A DNA stretch of 55,994 bases, from IMG/VR virus record IMGVR_UViG_3300025009_000058. One strand, written 5' to 3'. Shown here one piece after another: positions 9,358-19,500 of this stretch (the stretch's first letter is position 1; every line of letters begins with the position of its first letter). The notes under the pieces were generated by a model. That model searched no databases, had not been told where the DNA came from, and saw only the letters and a list, made by a program, of their open reading frames with translations. The stretch is from a virus. Lineage: Duplodnaviria; Heunggongvirae; Uroviricota; Caudoviricetes. The position numbers and the translations under genes were made by a program.

Positions 9358-10329
9358 ATGGCTTTGAATAAAGAATTAAGGGATGGTCTTAGAGAATTGT
9401 TTCCTACTTATAGAGTAGCTAATGAATCAGTACCTGTACAGGTTATAAAGACTAGATGGCCATCTCTGAATGATATAGTTTTAGGTTGTGGCGGGATTCC
9501 AGTAGGACGTTCAATTGAGCTATATGCTCCACCTTCAGCAGGAAAGACAACTGTTGCAATTAATTTAATTGCTGAGTTCCAGAAACAAGGATTACTTTGT
9601 GCTTTTGATGATAGAGAAGGTTCTTTCATGGAAGCAAAATACACTGATGGCGCCGGTTTAGATAGATCTGAATTAGTAATGATAGATTCTTCAACTGGGA
9701 ATGATTGTTTATTTCAATGTCAGTTAGCTATTGCTACAAATGCTTTTAATTTATACGTAATTGATTCTGTTGCTGCAATCATGCCAGAAGGAGCTTCAGT
9801 TGTTGATAATGCTGACGGTTTAAATATGAATGAAAAACTACAAAGAGCTAGTTTGTTAACTGGATTTTACTCACAACTCAGAAGTGGCTATTTCATTGGT
9901 AAACCTGGTACATCTAAAAAAGATGGTACTTATAATCAAGAAAATATGATTGAAGCTGATAAGATTTACCAGATTAATGGTAAACCTAATAAGTTTCTTC
10001 ATAAATTAACTGATAAAATTACTACTCTTATCATGATTAATCACATGAAGACACGTCCTGGACAATCATTTGGAGATTCTACGACAACTTCTGGTGGTGA
10101 TTCTGGTAAATTTGACGCTTCTATAAGACTAAGGATTACTCACAAAAAACGTTCTAAAAAGAAAGATAAATGGGGACGTCATGAGTATAAATTGGTTGAG
10201 ATTAAAGCCGATAAAAACAAATGTGCACCTCCTAATGGAGCAGCTTTATTTATGCTTTATTCAAATGGGCGTCTTGAAGAGTTTGATAAATCAGCTGCAA
10301 ATGATGCTGATATGGAAGACGTAGAATAA
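9358..10329 (+). CDS. recA: RecA/UvsX-like recombinase
   Basis: GGIPVGRSIELYAPPSAGKTT (Walker A), VIDSVAA (Walker B), IMINH...TTTSGG..GKFDASIRL, KNKCAPP. Confidence 0.93.
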   Translation: MALNKELRDGLRELFPTYRVANESVPVQVIKTRWPSLNDIVLGCGGIPVGRSIELYAPPSAGKTTVAINLIAEFQKQGLLCAFDDREGSFMEAKYTDGAGLDRSELVMIDSSTGNDCLFQCQLAIATNAFNLYVIDSVAAIMPEGASVVDNADGLNMNEKLQRASLLTGFYSQLRSGYFIGKPGTSKKDGTYNQENMIEADKIYQINGKPNKFLHKLTDKITTLIMINHMKTRPGQSFGDSTTTSGGDSGKFDASIRLRITHKKRSKKKDKWGRHEYKLVEIKADKNKCAPPNGAALFMLYSNGRLEEFDKSAANDADMEDVE

Positions 10330-10335
10330 TCAATT

Positions 10336-10364
10336 GAGCCAGTATTTCTACTGGCTCTTTATTT
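10336..10364 (+). terminator. Rho-independent terminator after recA
   Basis: GAGCCAGTA-TTTC-TACTGGCTC followed by TTTATTT. Confidence 0.75.
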
Positions 10365-10377
10365 ATAAGGACTTTTT

Positions 10378-11061
10378 ATGAAAATTCTTTGTTTAGATAT
10401 TGCTTCTAAAACAGGATTTGCTGTATTTAATTATAATTTTAATGAAGATTTTGAGCTTACTCTTATTAATAAAGGCGTTTTTGACATGTCAAAAGCTTCA
10501 CCTCTTCATAAAAGATATAAGCCCGGTTTAGAACATCCACTTGACTTCATCAATTTCATTGACGCACAAATGGACCCAATTGAGGCTTTTATATTAAAAG
10601 AAAGACCTAATATTATTGTGGTTGAGCAGACTAACAAAGGAAGAGATCGTTGGAGACAGAAATTACTTGAATGGATGCATAGAGAACTGATCTGGAGAAT
10701 CATGAGCATAAATGAAAATGATAATGCAATACCACTAAAAGAAGATGGGAGTATAGATGAAATTAAACTCTATTACTTAGATACAATGGAATGGAGAAAT
10801 ATTTTAGGTATTAGGGTTGGAAAAGAAGAAAGAAAATCAAATAAGTCAGCAAGAAAATTAAGGGCAGAACTTAAAGAAAGAAAAGCTGCTGGAGAAGAAG
10901 TATCATTTAAAGGGGTTGAGGTTATTAGAAATGCTAAAAAAGTAACTATTGATTATGTTAATAGATTATATGGATTAACCCTAAAAAAGAAAGACGATGA
11001 CATTGCTGATGCAATATGTCTAGGTCTTGCAATTGTAAGAAAACCAGGAATAAAGTTATGA
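10378..11061 (+). CDS. RuvC-like Holliday junction resolvase
   Basis: MKILCLDIASKTGFAVF, IIVVEQ, DDDIADAICLG acidic catalytic pattern. Confidence 0.8.
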   Translation: MKILCLDIASKTGFAVFNYNFNEDFELTLINKGVFDMSKASPLHKRYKPGLEHPLDFINFIDAQMDPIEAFILKERPNIIVVEQTNKGRDRWRQKLLEWMHRELIWRIMSINENDNAIPLKEDGSIDEIKLYYLDTMEWRNILGIRVGKEERKSNKSARKLRAELKERKAAGEEVSFKGVEVIRNAKKVTIDYVNRLYGLTLKKKDDDIADAICLGLAIVRKPGIKL

Positions 11062-11219
11062 AAAAACATATTAGGCGTATTATGCTATCTTCAGTTTTAA
11101 TTGTTGCATCATTTTTAACTTCATATGCAAAAGATATTTCTGATGACACAAAAATAATAGTTGCTACATTAGTTTTGTGTACACTTGCTATATTACATAA
11201 TAGAGGTTATCATGAGTGA
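11058..11219 (+). CDS. small membrane protein (2 hydrophobic segments)
   Basis: ATGA coupling with the resolvase stop; two hydrophobic stretches. Confidence 0.5.
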   Translation: MKKHIRRIMLSSVLIVASFLTSYAKDISDDTKIIVATLVLCTLAILHNRGYHE

Positions 11220-11535
11220 AAAAATTGGAATTAGGCTTGAAGAAAAAAATAAGTTCATTCTCCATACAGGTATGACTAAACTAAGTGCATATGAACAAAC
11301 TCCGGCATTTGATAGCATGATGAGAGCTAAACATAAATATGCATTAGTAGACTTTATTGAAAAGCATTTTGATAAAGACATATGTATACCAAATCCTAGA
11401 ATACAAGAATTAACTTATTCTACGGCATTAATCATACTTACACCAGGGGAACTTAAAGAGATTATTAAAGATTTTTATCTTATGGGTAAAGGTGAGAAAG
11501 ATCATATTGAATCTATTGAAGTGGAGATTAAGTAA
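11212..11535 (+). CDS. hypothetical protein
   Basis: AGAGG RBS before ATG11212; TAATG coupling to sbcD. Confidence 0.6.
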   Translation: MSEKIGIRLEEKNKFILHTGMTKLSAYEQTPAFDSMMRAKHKYALVDFIEKHFDKDICIPNPRIQELTYSTALIILTPGELKEIIKDFYLMGKGEKDHIESIEVEIK

Positions 11536-12623
11536 TGAAATATGGTTTCATAGCAGATATACACTTAGCAACAAGTGATAATTTATCACCTATTGATGGG
11601 GCTTCTGGTCTTTCAATCAGAACACTTGATAAATTAAAAGCTCTTGATAAAGCATTAAATATTTCAGTAGAAAGAGGTTGTGAGGTATTCTTTTTAATTG
11701 GTGATATATTTGATAAGTTAAACCCACCAGATAGATTGAAAAAAGCTTTTTATGAAACTCTTAAACCTTATTTCTATAAGATTGGGTTGCATATAATAGT
11801 AGGAAACCATGATGGAGCAGACTTCACAAACAACTATTTATCTGAACAATTATTAATGGAGGAAGTTGAAAATCCTCCAATTCATATTATTGATAAAATT
11901 AAAACTCTTTCTCTGGGTATAAAAGGGGATGAAATATTAGTTATACCTTGGACAATTGATGGCGCATCTGTTGAGACAGCAGTTATTGAAGCTAATAAAA
12001 ATATTCTTTGCCTTGCACATCATGAAATTTCAGGTGCGGTTGCTTCAACTGAATATGTACTCACGGGAGGATTTCCTGCAGGAATGTTTGATAAATTTAG
12101 ACATACATTTATGGGACATTATCACAGATACCAGATTATAAAAAAAGTAACATATGTTGGTAGCCCAATTATAAAAGATTTTTCAGAATTAGGAGTTGCA
12201 AAAGGATTTATAATCTATGATTATTCTTCAAATAAAGCAGAATTTATTAATCTTGAAGAACGTAAAGCATATGTTATAACAATTAATGAACAAAATGCAG
12301 AAGAAATTGAGGCCTGGCTTGAACAAGAGCAAATAAAAGAAGGTTCTCTTATAAAGATTATTCTAGAAGGAGATGTTCATTGGGTTCGCCAAAGTAGGCC
12401 GGTTGTATATGAAGTATTTCATGCATTAAATCCATTAAAACTTATAATTGATAAAAAGATTTTGAAACAAAATATTGAAAATGCTACACAAGAAGCTATA
12501 CTTAATTCAACTAATAGACTTGACAGGCTTAAAAAATTCTCAAAAGATGTAGATAAATCATGGATAGATTATGGTTTAAAGATATACACTCAGGCAGAGA
12601 ATAAATTCATGGAAGGATCTTAA
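11535..12623 (+). CDS. sbcD: SbcD/Mre11-like (gp47-like) metallophosphoesterase nuclease
   Basis: ADIH, GDIFD, GNHD, HH, GHYH phosphoesterase motifs. Confidence 0.9.
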   Translation: MKYGFIADIHLATSDNLSPIDGASGLSIRTLDKLKALDKALNISVERGCEVFFLIGDIFDKLNPPDRLKKAFYETLKPYFYKIGLHIIVGNHDGADFTNNYLSEQLLMEEVENPPIHIIDKIKTLSLGIKGDEILVIPWTIDGASVETAVIEANKNILCLAHHEISGAVASTEYVLTGGFPAGMFDKFRHTFMGHYHRYQIIKKVTYVGSPIIKDFSELGVAKGFIIYDYSSNKAEFINLEERKAYVITINEQNAEEIEAWLEQEQIKEGSLIKIILEGDVHWVRQSRPVVYEVFHALNPLKLIIDKKILKQNIENATQEAILNSTNRLDRLKKFSKDVDKSWIDYGLKIYTQAENKFMEGS

Positions 12624-12624
12624 T

Positions 12625-12819
12625 ATGGGCAGGCAAAAAGGAGCAGAAGTTAAAGCTTTTAATGTGAGTTTTGAAGAAAGATGTGAAGAATTAGGATGGG
12701 ATTCAAAAAATATTATAAGTAGTATAATTAAAGATCGATCTATTAATGGTAACCCTAAACAGATTATGAGCAAATCAAGAATACCAATACCTTCTAAACG
12801 TCGTAGAGGAGCATCATGA
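12625..12819 (+). CDS. hypothetical protein
   Basis: Short ORF packed between neighbours; ATGA overlap downstream. Confidence 0.45.
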   Translation: MGRQKGAEVKAFNVSFEERCEELGWDSKNIISSIIKDRSINGNPKQIMSKSRIPIPSKRRRGAS

Positions 12820-13097
12820 AGAAATCTAAATTACTAAAATTAATAGTTAAAAAAGCTTGTGAAAATAATACTTTATTAGATGAAGATGATTTATTATGTG
12901 ATATAGATGATCATCATTCTCATATTCCATTAATCTTTTCACATGATTTTGCAAAAGCTTTTTGGGGAACAAATTTACATGATACAACAAAGTATGGTGA
13001 ACAAGGATTACAGTTCACAGAACAAGAATGGGAATATCATTTAAAAAAGATGGTATTATATAAAGACCCAATAAAGTATTTGGAGCAATTTTTATGA
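12816..13097 (+). CDS. conserved phage hypothetical protein
   Basis: IFSHDFAKAFWG...WEYHLKKMVL..DPIKYLEQFL pattern; GAGGAG RBS. Confidence 0.65.
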   Translation: MKKSKLLKLIVKKACENNTLLDEDDLLCDIDDHHSHIPLIFSHDFAKAFWGTNLHDTTKYGEQGLQFTEQEWEYHLKKMVLYKDPIKYLEQFL

Positions 13098-15265
13098 AAT
13101 TAAAAAGTTTAGCTTTTGAAGGATTTGGTCTTTTTAAAACAAGGCAATTTATTGATTTTACAATGTTTCCAGAAAATGCCATTATTGGAATTTTTGGTAC
13201 AAATGAGGATGCTGTAGGCTATGATTCTAATGCATCGGGTAAATCAACACTCTTAAATACAATTACTTGGTGCTATTTTGATAAAGTTCCAATCCAGTCT
13301 GATAGAGATTCTACAATTGGAAAAATAGATATAATTAATGATCAGTGTGATAGAGTAGAAGTTACTGTAAATTTTATCTCTGATATTGGTAATGATGTTG
13401 TTTTTAAAAGTGTTAGGACTAGGAAAGATTCAAAACGACTGTATCTTGAAATTGATGGTGTAGAATGGAAATCTAATACTGATTCTCAAAAACGTGAAAA
13501 GCTATTCCAGATATTAGGTATTGGAGGTAAAAAGAAAGTTTATTTCAGTGATTTTTTAAACCATACTTATTTTACTGGCGAAACTACTAAAGGTTTTGCT
13601 TCAAAAAATTTTTCATCTAAAGACAGATGCTCAATGATATCAAGATTTAGAAAACTTGAAATTATGGATTATGCATCTGAATTGTCAAATATTGATAAGA
13701 AAAAAATCTCTGATGAGATTATGTTACTTGAAAATAATTTAACTGTTCTTACAAACCAATTATCAAAAGATTTTGATGAAAAAGTAATTAAAAAAGAAAT
13801 GAAAGTGATAGTTAGTACTATCAATGGAGTAAAGATTAAGATTGATGTTATTGAACAAGATTTGAAACAAGGTGAAGAATATAATAAAGCTCAAAGGAAA
13901 GTTTCTAGCTTAAAATTAGAATTAGGAGAAATTAAATCAAGAGTTGATGCTTATGTGAACGATATTGAAAAGATTTGCTGGTTATTAAACTCAAAGAAAA
14001 AAGAATTTGATTCAAATGAAAAGTTAATAAATGAGCTTTCAAGCAATAAAAAAATTGAAACTAAAGAAGTATATGATATCAAGTTAAAAGAGCTTGAAAC
14101 TCAGTATACAGAATATAAAGTAGAAATAAGTACTCTTGAAAAAAGAGCTAATGAATTAAGTGAGAAAATAGACCATATTAATTCTGGTAATTATCTCTCA
14201 TGTCCAAAATGTAAATCAGAATTATTACTTAAAGAAAATGTTTTATCAGTAGTTAATAAATCAAAATTAGCTCAATTCATGTTAGATTATAAAACTGATA
14301 TGACACAAATAGAATTAAAGATAAAAGAAATTAATGAAAATCTTTCTAATATTGTTAAGTATAGAATAGAAATAAAATCAAAACGTGATAAAGTAGTTGA
14401 AACTTCAACAAGACTTGAAAGTTTGAAACATAATTCAAGAGTTATACTAAATATTATTGATACACATTTAACAGAACAAGAAGAAGGTGTTATTGTAAAA
14501 GATGCAACAGGTTCTTATAGTATTGATAAAACATTAAAAGAGTATTCAACTTATTCTGAGTATACAGAAAAATTAGATGAACTTAATAAAGTTATAAATG
14601 AGAGTTCACACCTTACTGAATCATTTTATAAAATGAGTGATTTAAATGAAAAGAATAATGAATTAAGAATTCTTGAATTGAAGTTACAAACAATGCAAAA
14701 TCAGATTGATATGTATAATAAAGTATCAAATCAGATTTTTGAAATACAAACTAAAGTTGCAGAAAAACATATAAAGCTTGAAATGTATGAATATTGGGTA
14801 AATGGATTTAAAACTATAAAGAATATTGAGTTACTTGAAACTGAACCAATGTTAGAGCAAATTACAAATGATTTTTTAAGCAAGTTAGGTACTAATATTG
14901 AAGTTAATTATAAACTTGATGTTAATAATAGTGAATTAGATTTAGATCTTATTGAAGATTCTGGAGTACAACGTGTTCTTGAACTCTTTTCATATGGTCA
15001 ATCAAATCGCATTTCATTATCAGCAGGATTAGCCTTAAGAGAATTAAATCGTAACTCAAACATGGACTTTGGTTTTACTCTTTGGGATGAAGTATTAGAT
15101 GGACTTGATGCTACAGGGCAGGATCGGTTCTTTGATATCCTACGTGATATTAGCGGGCTGAAACTAGTGATTTCTCACGATATTAATCTAAAAAATTCTT
15201 TTGAGCATAGAATAATAGTTAGCCGAAAGAATCATATTTCTAATATCAAGATTGAAACTAATTGA
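13094..15265 (+). CDS. sbcC: SbcC/Rad50-like (gp46-like) SMC ATPase
   Basis: Walker A SNASGKST, long coiled coils with CPKC zinc hook, signature variant FSYGQ, Walker B/D-loop LWDEVLDGLD, VISH. Confidence 0.9.
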   Translation: MKLKSLAFEGFGLFKTRQFIDFTMFPENAIIGIFGTNEDAVGYDSNASGKSTLLNTITWCYFDKVPIQSDRDSTIGKIDIINDQCDRVEVTVNFISDIGNDVVFKSVRTRKDSKRLYLEIDGVEWKSNTDSQKREKLFQILGIGGKKKVYFSDFLNHTYFTGETTKGFASKNFSSKDRCSMISRFRKLEIMDYASELSNIDKKKISDEIMLLENNLTVLTNQLSKDFDEKVIKKEMKVIVSTINGVKIKIDVIEQDLKQGEEYNKAQRKVSSLKLELGEIKSRVDAYVNDIEKICWLLNSKKKEFDSNEKLINELSSNKKIETKEVYDIKLKELETQYTEYKVEISTLEKRANELSEKIDHINSGNYLSCPKCKSELLLKENVLSVVNKSKLAQFMLDYKTDMTQIELKIKEINENLSNIVKYRIEIKSKRDKVVETSTRLESLKHNSRVILNIIDTHLTEQEEGVIVKDATGSYSIDKTLKEYSTYSEYTEKLDELNKVINESSHLTESFYKMSDLNEKNNELRILELKLQTMQNQIDMYNKVSNQIFEIQTKVAEKHIKLEMYEYWVNGFKTIKNIELLETEPMLEQITNDFLSKLGTNIEVNYKLDVNNSELDLDLIEDSGVQRVLELFSYGQSNRISLSAGLALRELNRNSNMDFGFTLWDEVLDGLDATGQDRFFDILRDISGLKLVISHDINLKNSFEHRIIVSRKNHISNIKIETN

Positions 15266-15276
15266 GGACCAAAGAA

Positions 15277-16116
15277 ATGGCCAAACAAACTAAGAATTTC
15301 TTAAAACCAGAGCTTCAAAAAGGGGGAATTAATGAAGCTAGCAGTCAACATGCACAAAATGAGGCAGGATCAAATTTACCTGATTCAGTAACATTACCTT
15401 TAACAGAGATTCAAAAAGATATTGTTCCTCAGATTAAACCACAATTTGATTCTGAAGATGATTTATCTGCATTACCAGAAACAGAACTTAATAAACTAAA
15501 TCTTGAAGAATTGAAAAAAAGAGTTCTCATTGGCGATGATCTCAAAGGATCTACTGGGTTTTCTATAACACCAGGGTTACTCGATAATACACAAGTAAAA
15601 TCTGATGATAAACTAAAAGTAAAAGGAATTGCTGGAGGTATAGAGCCTACTGAGGTTGATAACAGTAAATTAACTGACGAAGATATTAAAAAATTAAGCT
15701 TATCAAAAGAAGGAATTAATAAATTAAATCTTAAGAATAATCAAGCTGGTATTATTGGGACTATGAACATTAATGATAAAGAATTAATTGGGAAACAATC
15801 AGGTCCTGAAGAAATTGGTTTTAGAAAGATTGGAAATACATTAAGATATATAGATCCTGTTTTTGAAGCTATTAAAAAAGCTGTTGTTGAAGATCAGAAA
15901 TCTAGGCTCCATAGTATTAATTGTTTACAAGTAAATGATGGCCCTACACTAATTATATTTCAAGGTAATCGTGATAATGTTTGGGCTTATATTGAAGCTC
16001 GTCTTGATGTAGACCATAGACTGATAAATAGAAACATTAAAATCTATAATTCTATCCTTAGACAAATCTTAAAATCTGCTGAAGCAACTAGAGGAATTGT
16101 TAATCTTTTCAATTAA
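15277..16116 (+). CDS. hypothetical protein (low-complexity N-half, globular C-half)
   Basis: GAGGA RBS before ATG15277; last gene of the + arm. Confidence 0.6.
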   Translation: MAKQTKNFLKPELQKGGINEASSQHAQNEAGSNLPDSVTLPLTEIQKDIVPQIKPQFDSEDDLSALPETELNKLNLEELKKRVLIGDDLKGSTGFSITPGLLDNTQVKSDDKLKVKGIAGGIEPTEVDNSKLTDEDIKKLSLSKEGINKLNLKNNQAGIIGTMNINDKELIGKQSGPEEIGFRKIGNTLRYIDPVFEAIKKAVVEDQKSRLHSINCLQVNDGPTLIIFQGNRDNVWAYIEARLDVDHRLINRNIKIYNSILRQILKSAEATRGIVNLFN

Positions 16117-16165
16117 GGTTTTCAGGATTTTATTTAACAATAAATTTATCAATACAATTCACTAC

Positions 16166-16202
16166 AAACTCCAGGTATATATCCTAACAAAACCTGGAGT
16201 TT
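16166..16202. terminator. Probable bidirectional terminator at the convergence of the two arms
   Basis: AAACTCCAGGT (16166-16176) / ACCTGGAGTTT (16192-16202), between convergent genes. Confidence 0.65.
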
Positions 16203-16228
16203 TCTGTAGATAACAATCAATTGAAAAT

Positions 16229-16489
16229 TTACTTTCCAATTGGTCTTTTAGCAAAGCCTGCAGAAGCTATAAGTTCAGCAACATCATCATAATGCAAGCA
16301 ATCACATAAACAAGCACCTACAACAGGTCCACCAAGTATTGGTGCTATGCTACCATTGCAGTAATCATTTCCTGGTTGAGCATCAAATAAAATGCCTATG
16401 GCATTGATATTTACTGGACTATTTCCATAACCTGCAAGTGATACAACTTTATCACCATTTTTTGCTTCTCTGCCATTTCTGTAATGCAT
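16229..16489 (-). CDS. small conserved phage hypothetical protein
   Basis: MHYRNGREAKNGDK...ACLCDCLH; AGGAG RBS. Confidence 0.7.
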   Translation of the reverse strand: MHYRNGREAKNGDKVVSLAGYGNSPVNINAIGILFDAQPGNDYCNGSIAPILGGPVVGACLCDCLHYDDVAELIASAGFAKRPIGK

Positions 16490-16503
16490 TGTCTACTCCT
16501 TTA

Positions 16504-19500
16504 TTAGAATGGGTCTATCCCTTTTACCTTAATGTTTTGACTAAAATCTTTTAGATTAAAATCATGTGACATGAGATAGAAATCAGTTGAATAATCTTTG
16601 AAATTAGGAAGATATTTCTTTGATCTAATTGTTACCTTGGTAAGCTTTGAGTCCGTAGTACTCACAATCTTAAAGAAAGGTAAATTATATGACTCACCAG
16701 CAACGTTCTGTGCTTGTATTAAATTTTTAATCTCAAAAATCAATCTCGGAAAAGCAGATTGAAATAGCATTAATCTTGTAGCATACTCAATAAAATTCCT
16801 TTGCATAAATCTATTCTCTGGTAAATCTTCAGTTTTTTTACCATATCTGTATATTGAATCTTGATTAACAGCAGTATATTTTAAACTACTATTAGCTTCT
16901 AGTTGTAATCCAGGAGCTTTTATCTCTATGTAATCATAACCATTAGGATTCTGCCAAAAAACTCCGGTACTTCCATATTCAAAACCCACAAAAATCTTAG
17001 AGCCTCCAACTTCAACCAATGAATCATTTGATGTTGATGGACCTTTTGGTACCCAGTATGCTAGAATACTTTTATTAATTAGTGTTGAATCAGTCCCAAT
17101 GGTTGGTAATATAGAATTATTAAAAGGTATGATCTGAATCCAATGAGTAGATTTATTATCTATCACATATTCTTTTTTTGCATAAATTTGATATTCAGCA
17201 TTTAAATCTGAAATTCTAATAACTGTACCAATACCAAGATTCTTAAAAGAAGCAACTTGAAATTCAACTATATCAGTAGATAGATTATAAGTAGTACCTG
17301 CAACTCTTTGAATAACACCAGTTGAAATGAAGGTAACTCCCTTATCACTCCAAGTATTATTTGACAAAGTTGTCTTATTATCATCCCCTTTAATAGCATT
17401 AGATCTGAAAATAGAGACTGGAGTATATGCTGCAAAATCCTGACCTAAGTTCTCTTCAAGAATTATGATGTTACTTGAAAAATCTGCATCGATAATCATT
17501 CTACTTATCTGTTGAGAATTACCTTCTGTGTCTGTATAATTAACTACAAAAATATCCCCTATAGAGAGCTGATCACTGAGATTTGAGCCAAAAAATGATG
17601 GCAGATATATTTCTGTCTCGTTAGACGCAACGTCTCTATAGAGTTTAGTTTCAAATACAACATTATAAATAAGGTAAGCAAAACGAACATTGGTGAAGTA
17701 TTTATTTGAGACATTAGTAGGATCTATATTCTTATATTCATTTTCAACATTAGGTACAGAACCAACCACAACAGTTTTTAACACAATATCATGAGCCATA
17801 TCATCTTCTTGACGTATTCTCAATGATATATCAAGATTAGTTCTACCATCATCAACTTGAGTAGTTAACATATTTGAACAGAGAGTTACATTCCATTCAA
17901 TATCGCCCTTTTTTGCTACCATTGGTGTAGCAGTAATAACGTTTTTAATATCTACATCTAAAATCTTTTTCTTAGATATTACGGGATCTAAATCTAAGTC
18001 AATAAATATGCTTGCTTCATTTTCTAGTTCTCTTTTTATGAAAAAGAACTTATCATTATCAAAACCCATTATATAGTTAAATGCTCTAGCAATTTGGCTT
18101 AAAGCATCCCATACTTTTAAATTATTAAAATCTGCTAATTCCACTACTCCAGATAAATACTTATCATATTTGAATAAGTAGTTTTTTGAGTTTGATTTTT
18201 TAATATAGTTCGGTAAATAACCAGTTGATACTCCAAAAACAGTATTAAATCCAGTAACCAATTCTTGAAGTTCAAGATTAGATAAAATATTAGTATCACC
18301 AAAAGTAATATCACTTATAAACCCTAATCTGTCTTCTGTTTCAGTAACTAAATCATATCTCCTGAGTTCCATTTTATTAGTAGATTCATCTCTATCATGT
18401 ATTAGTACATAATATAGATAATTATCAATACTTGATTTAATTAGTCTTGAGAACTGATATTTGCCATTAATAAAATGATTAGAATATAAAGGGTTTAGGT
18501 CAGAAAACTCATCAACTGAAACACTTAAATTAGTTAGCTTTGCTAGACCAAAAGGAGTGCCTAATGAAGGTTTATATGCATTCTCTGCAAATGTTACTAT
18601 TTTCTTTCTATCATAATAAGATATAATTAATCCATTAGAAGTATACAGCATATCTGTAATTGTAGCTAACATTTTACTATAATTAGACTCATATAATACT
18701 GTAATAGTAGGAAGTGCAACACTGCTACTAAAATCAACTTTTAATATTCTTGTCTTATTATGCTTTTCACTTGTAAAAACTCCATCAGTATCTGTTTGAT
18801 TATTGAAAGACATTCCAGCTATAAATAATGTAGTACCATTTACTGCTGTAGCTGTAATCTGTAAAGGAACATTGACACCACTATAAGATTGAACCATGTC
18901 TGATAAAGTAACTTCAGTAAATGTATTTAAAGCAAGATCATAAATAAAATATTTAAATCTTAATGTTTCTGGAACCATCTCTCCAGTATTATAATCAAAA
19001 CTTTGTGTATTTAAATCTGCTTGTGAAAAATTACAATTACCTTTAGAACGTCTACTAACTTTGTCAAGTACTTGAATAAAGAAACTACCACTTATACCTA
19101 AAGTAGGTAAATACTCTATAGAGCCTTTTTGACCGGAAGTATATTTTAGCCAAGGCCAAGAAATACCTTCAGGATTAATTCTAGTATGTACCCCAAACAA
19201 TTTACTGTCTTTTAACAATAAAGCTTCTTCATACCATGAAAAATAACCCGGATAAAAAGTTTTAGCAGTAAATTGATTTGGGAGATATGAAAAAGGATTA
19301 TCTATATTATAGTAATCTATTGAAGGACAGTTACTATCATAATTTTCCTCAAAATATGCAGAATTCCTATTAAAGCCTTTTGTTGGGTTGTTATTATCAA
19401 GTATGAAATCTTTTGTTTGTACTATAAAAACTGCTTGTTGACTGTACCCCTCAGTAGGTGCATAGTAATATTTATCAGCGGTCTCTGTTAAAGTTTTTCT

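Noticed and set aside
9850-10000. Possible intein or intron in RecA (also checked by eye in the polymerase)
   Set aside because: No Cys/Ser...His-Asn splice motifs, too short, and the frames are continuous.
3366-12773. Small antisense ORFs inside + arm genes (e.g. 3366-3569, 5392-5652, 8580-8768, 9408-9644, 10506-10709)
   Set aside because: Fully overlap well-supported genes on the opposite strand and show no motifs.
16117-16228. tRNA, ncRNA or replication origin at the convergence point
   Set aside because: Only a single hairpin is visible; no cloverleaf or iterons.
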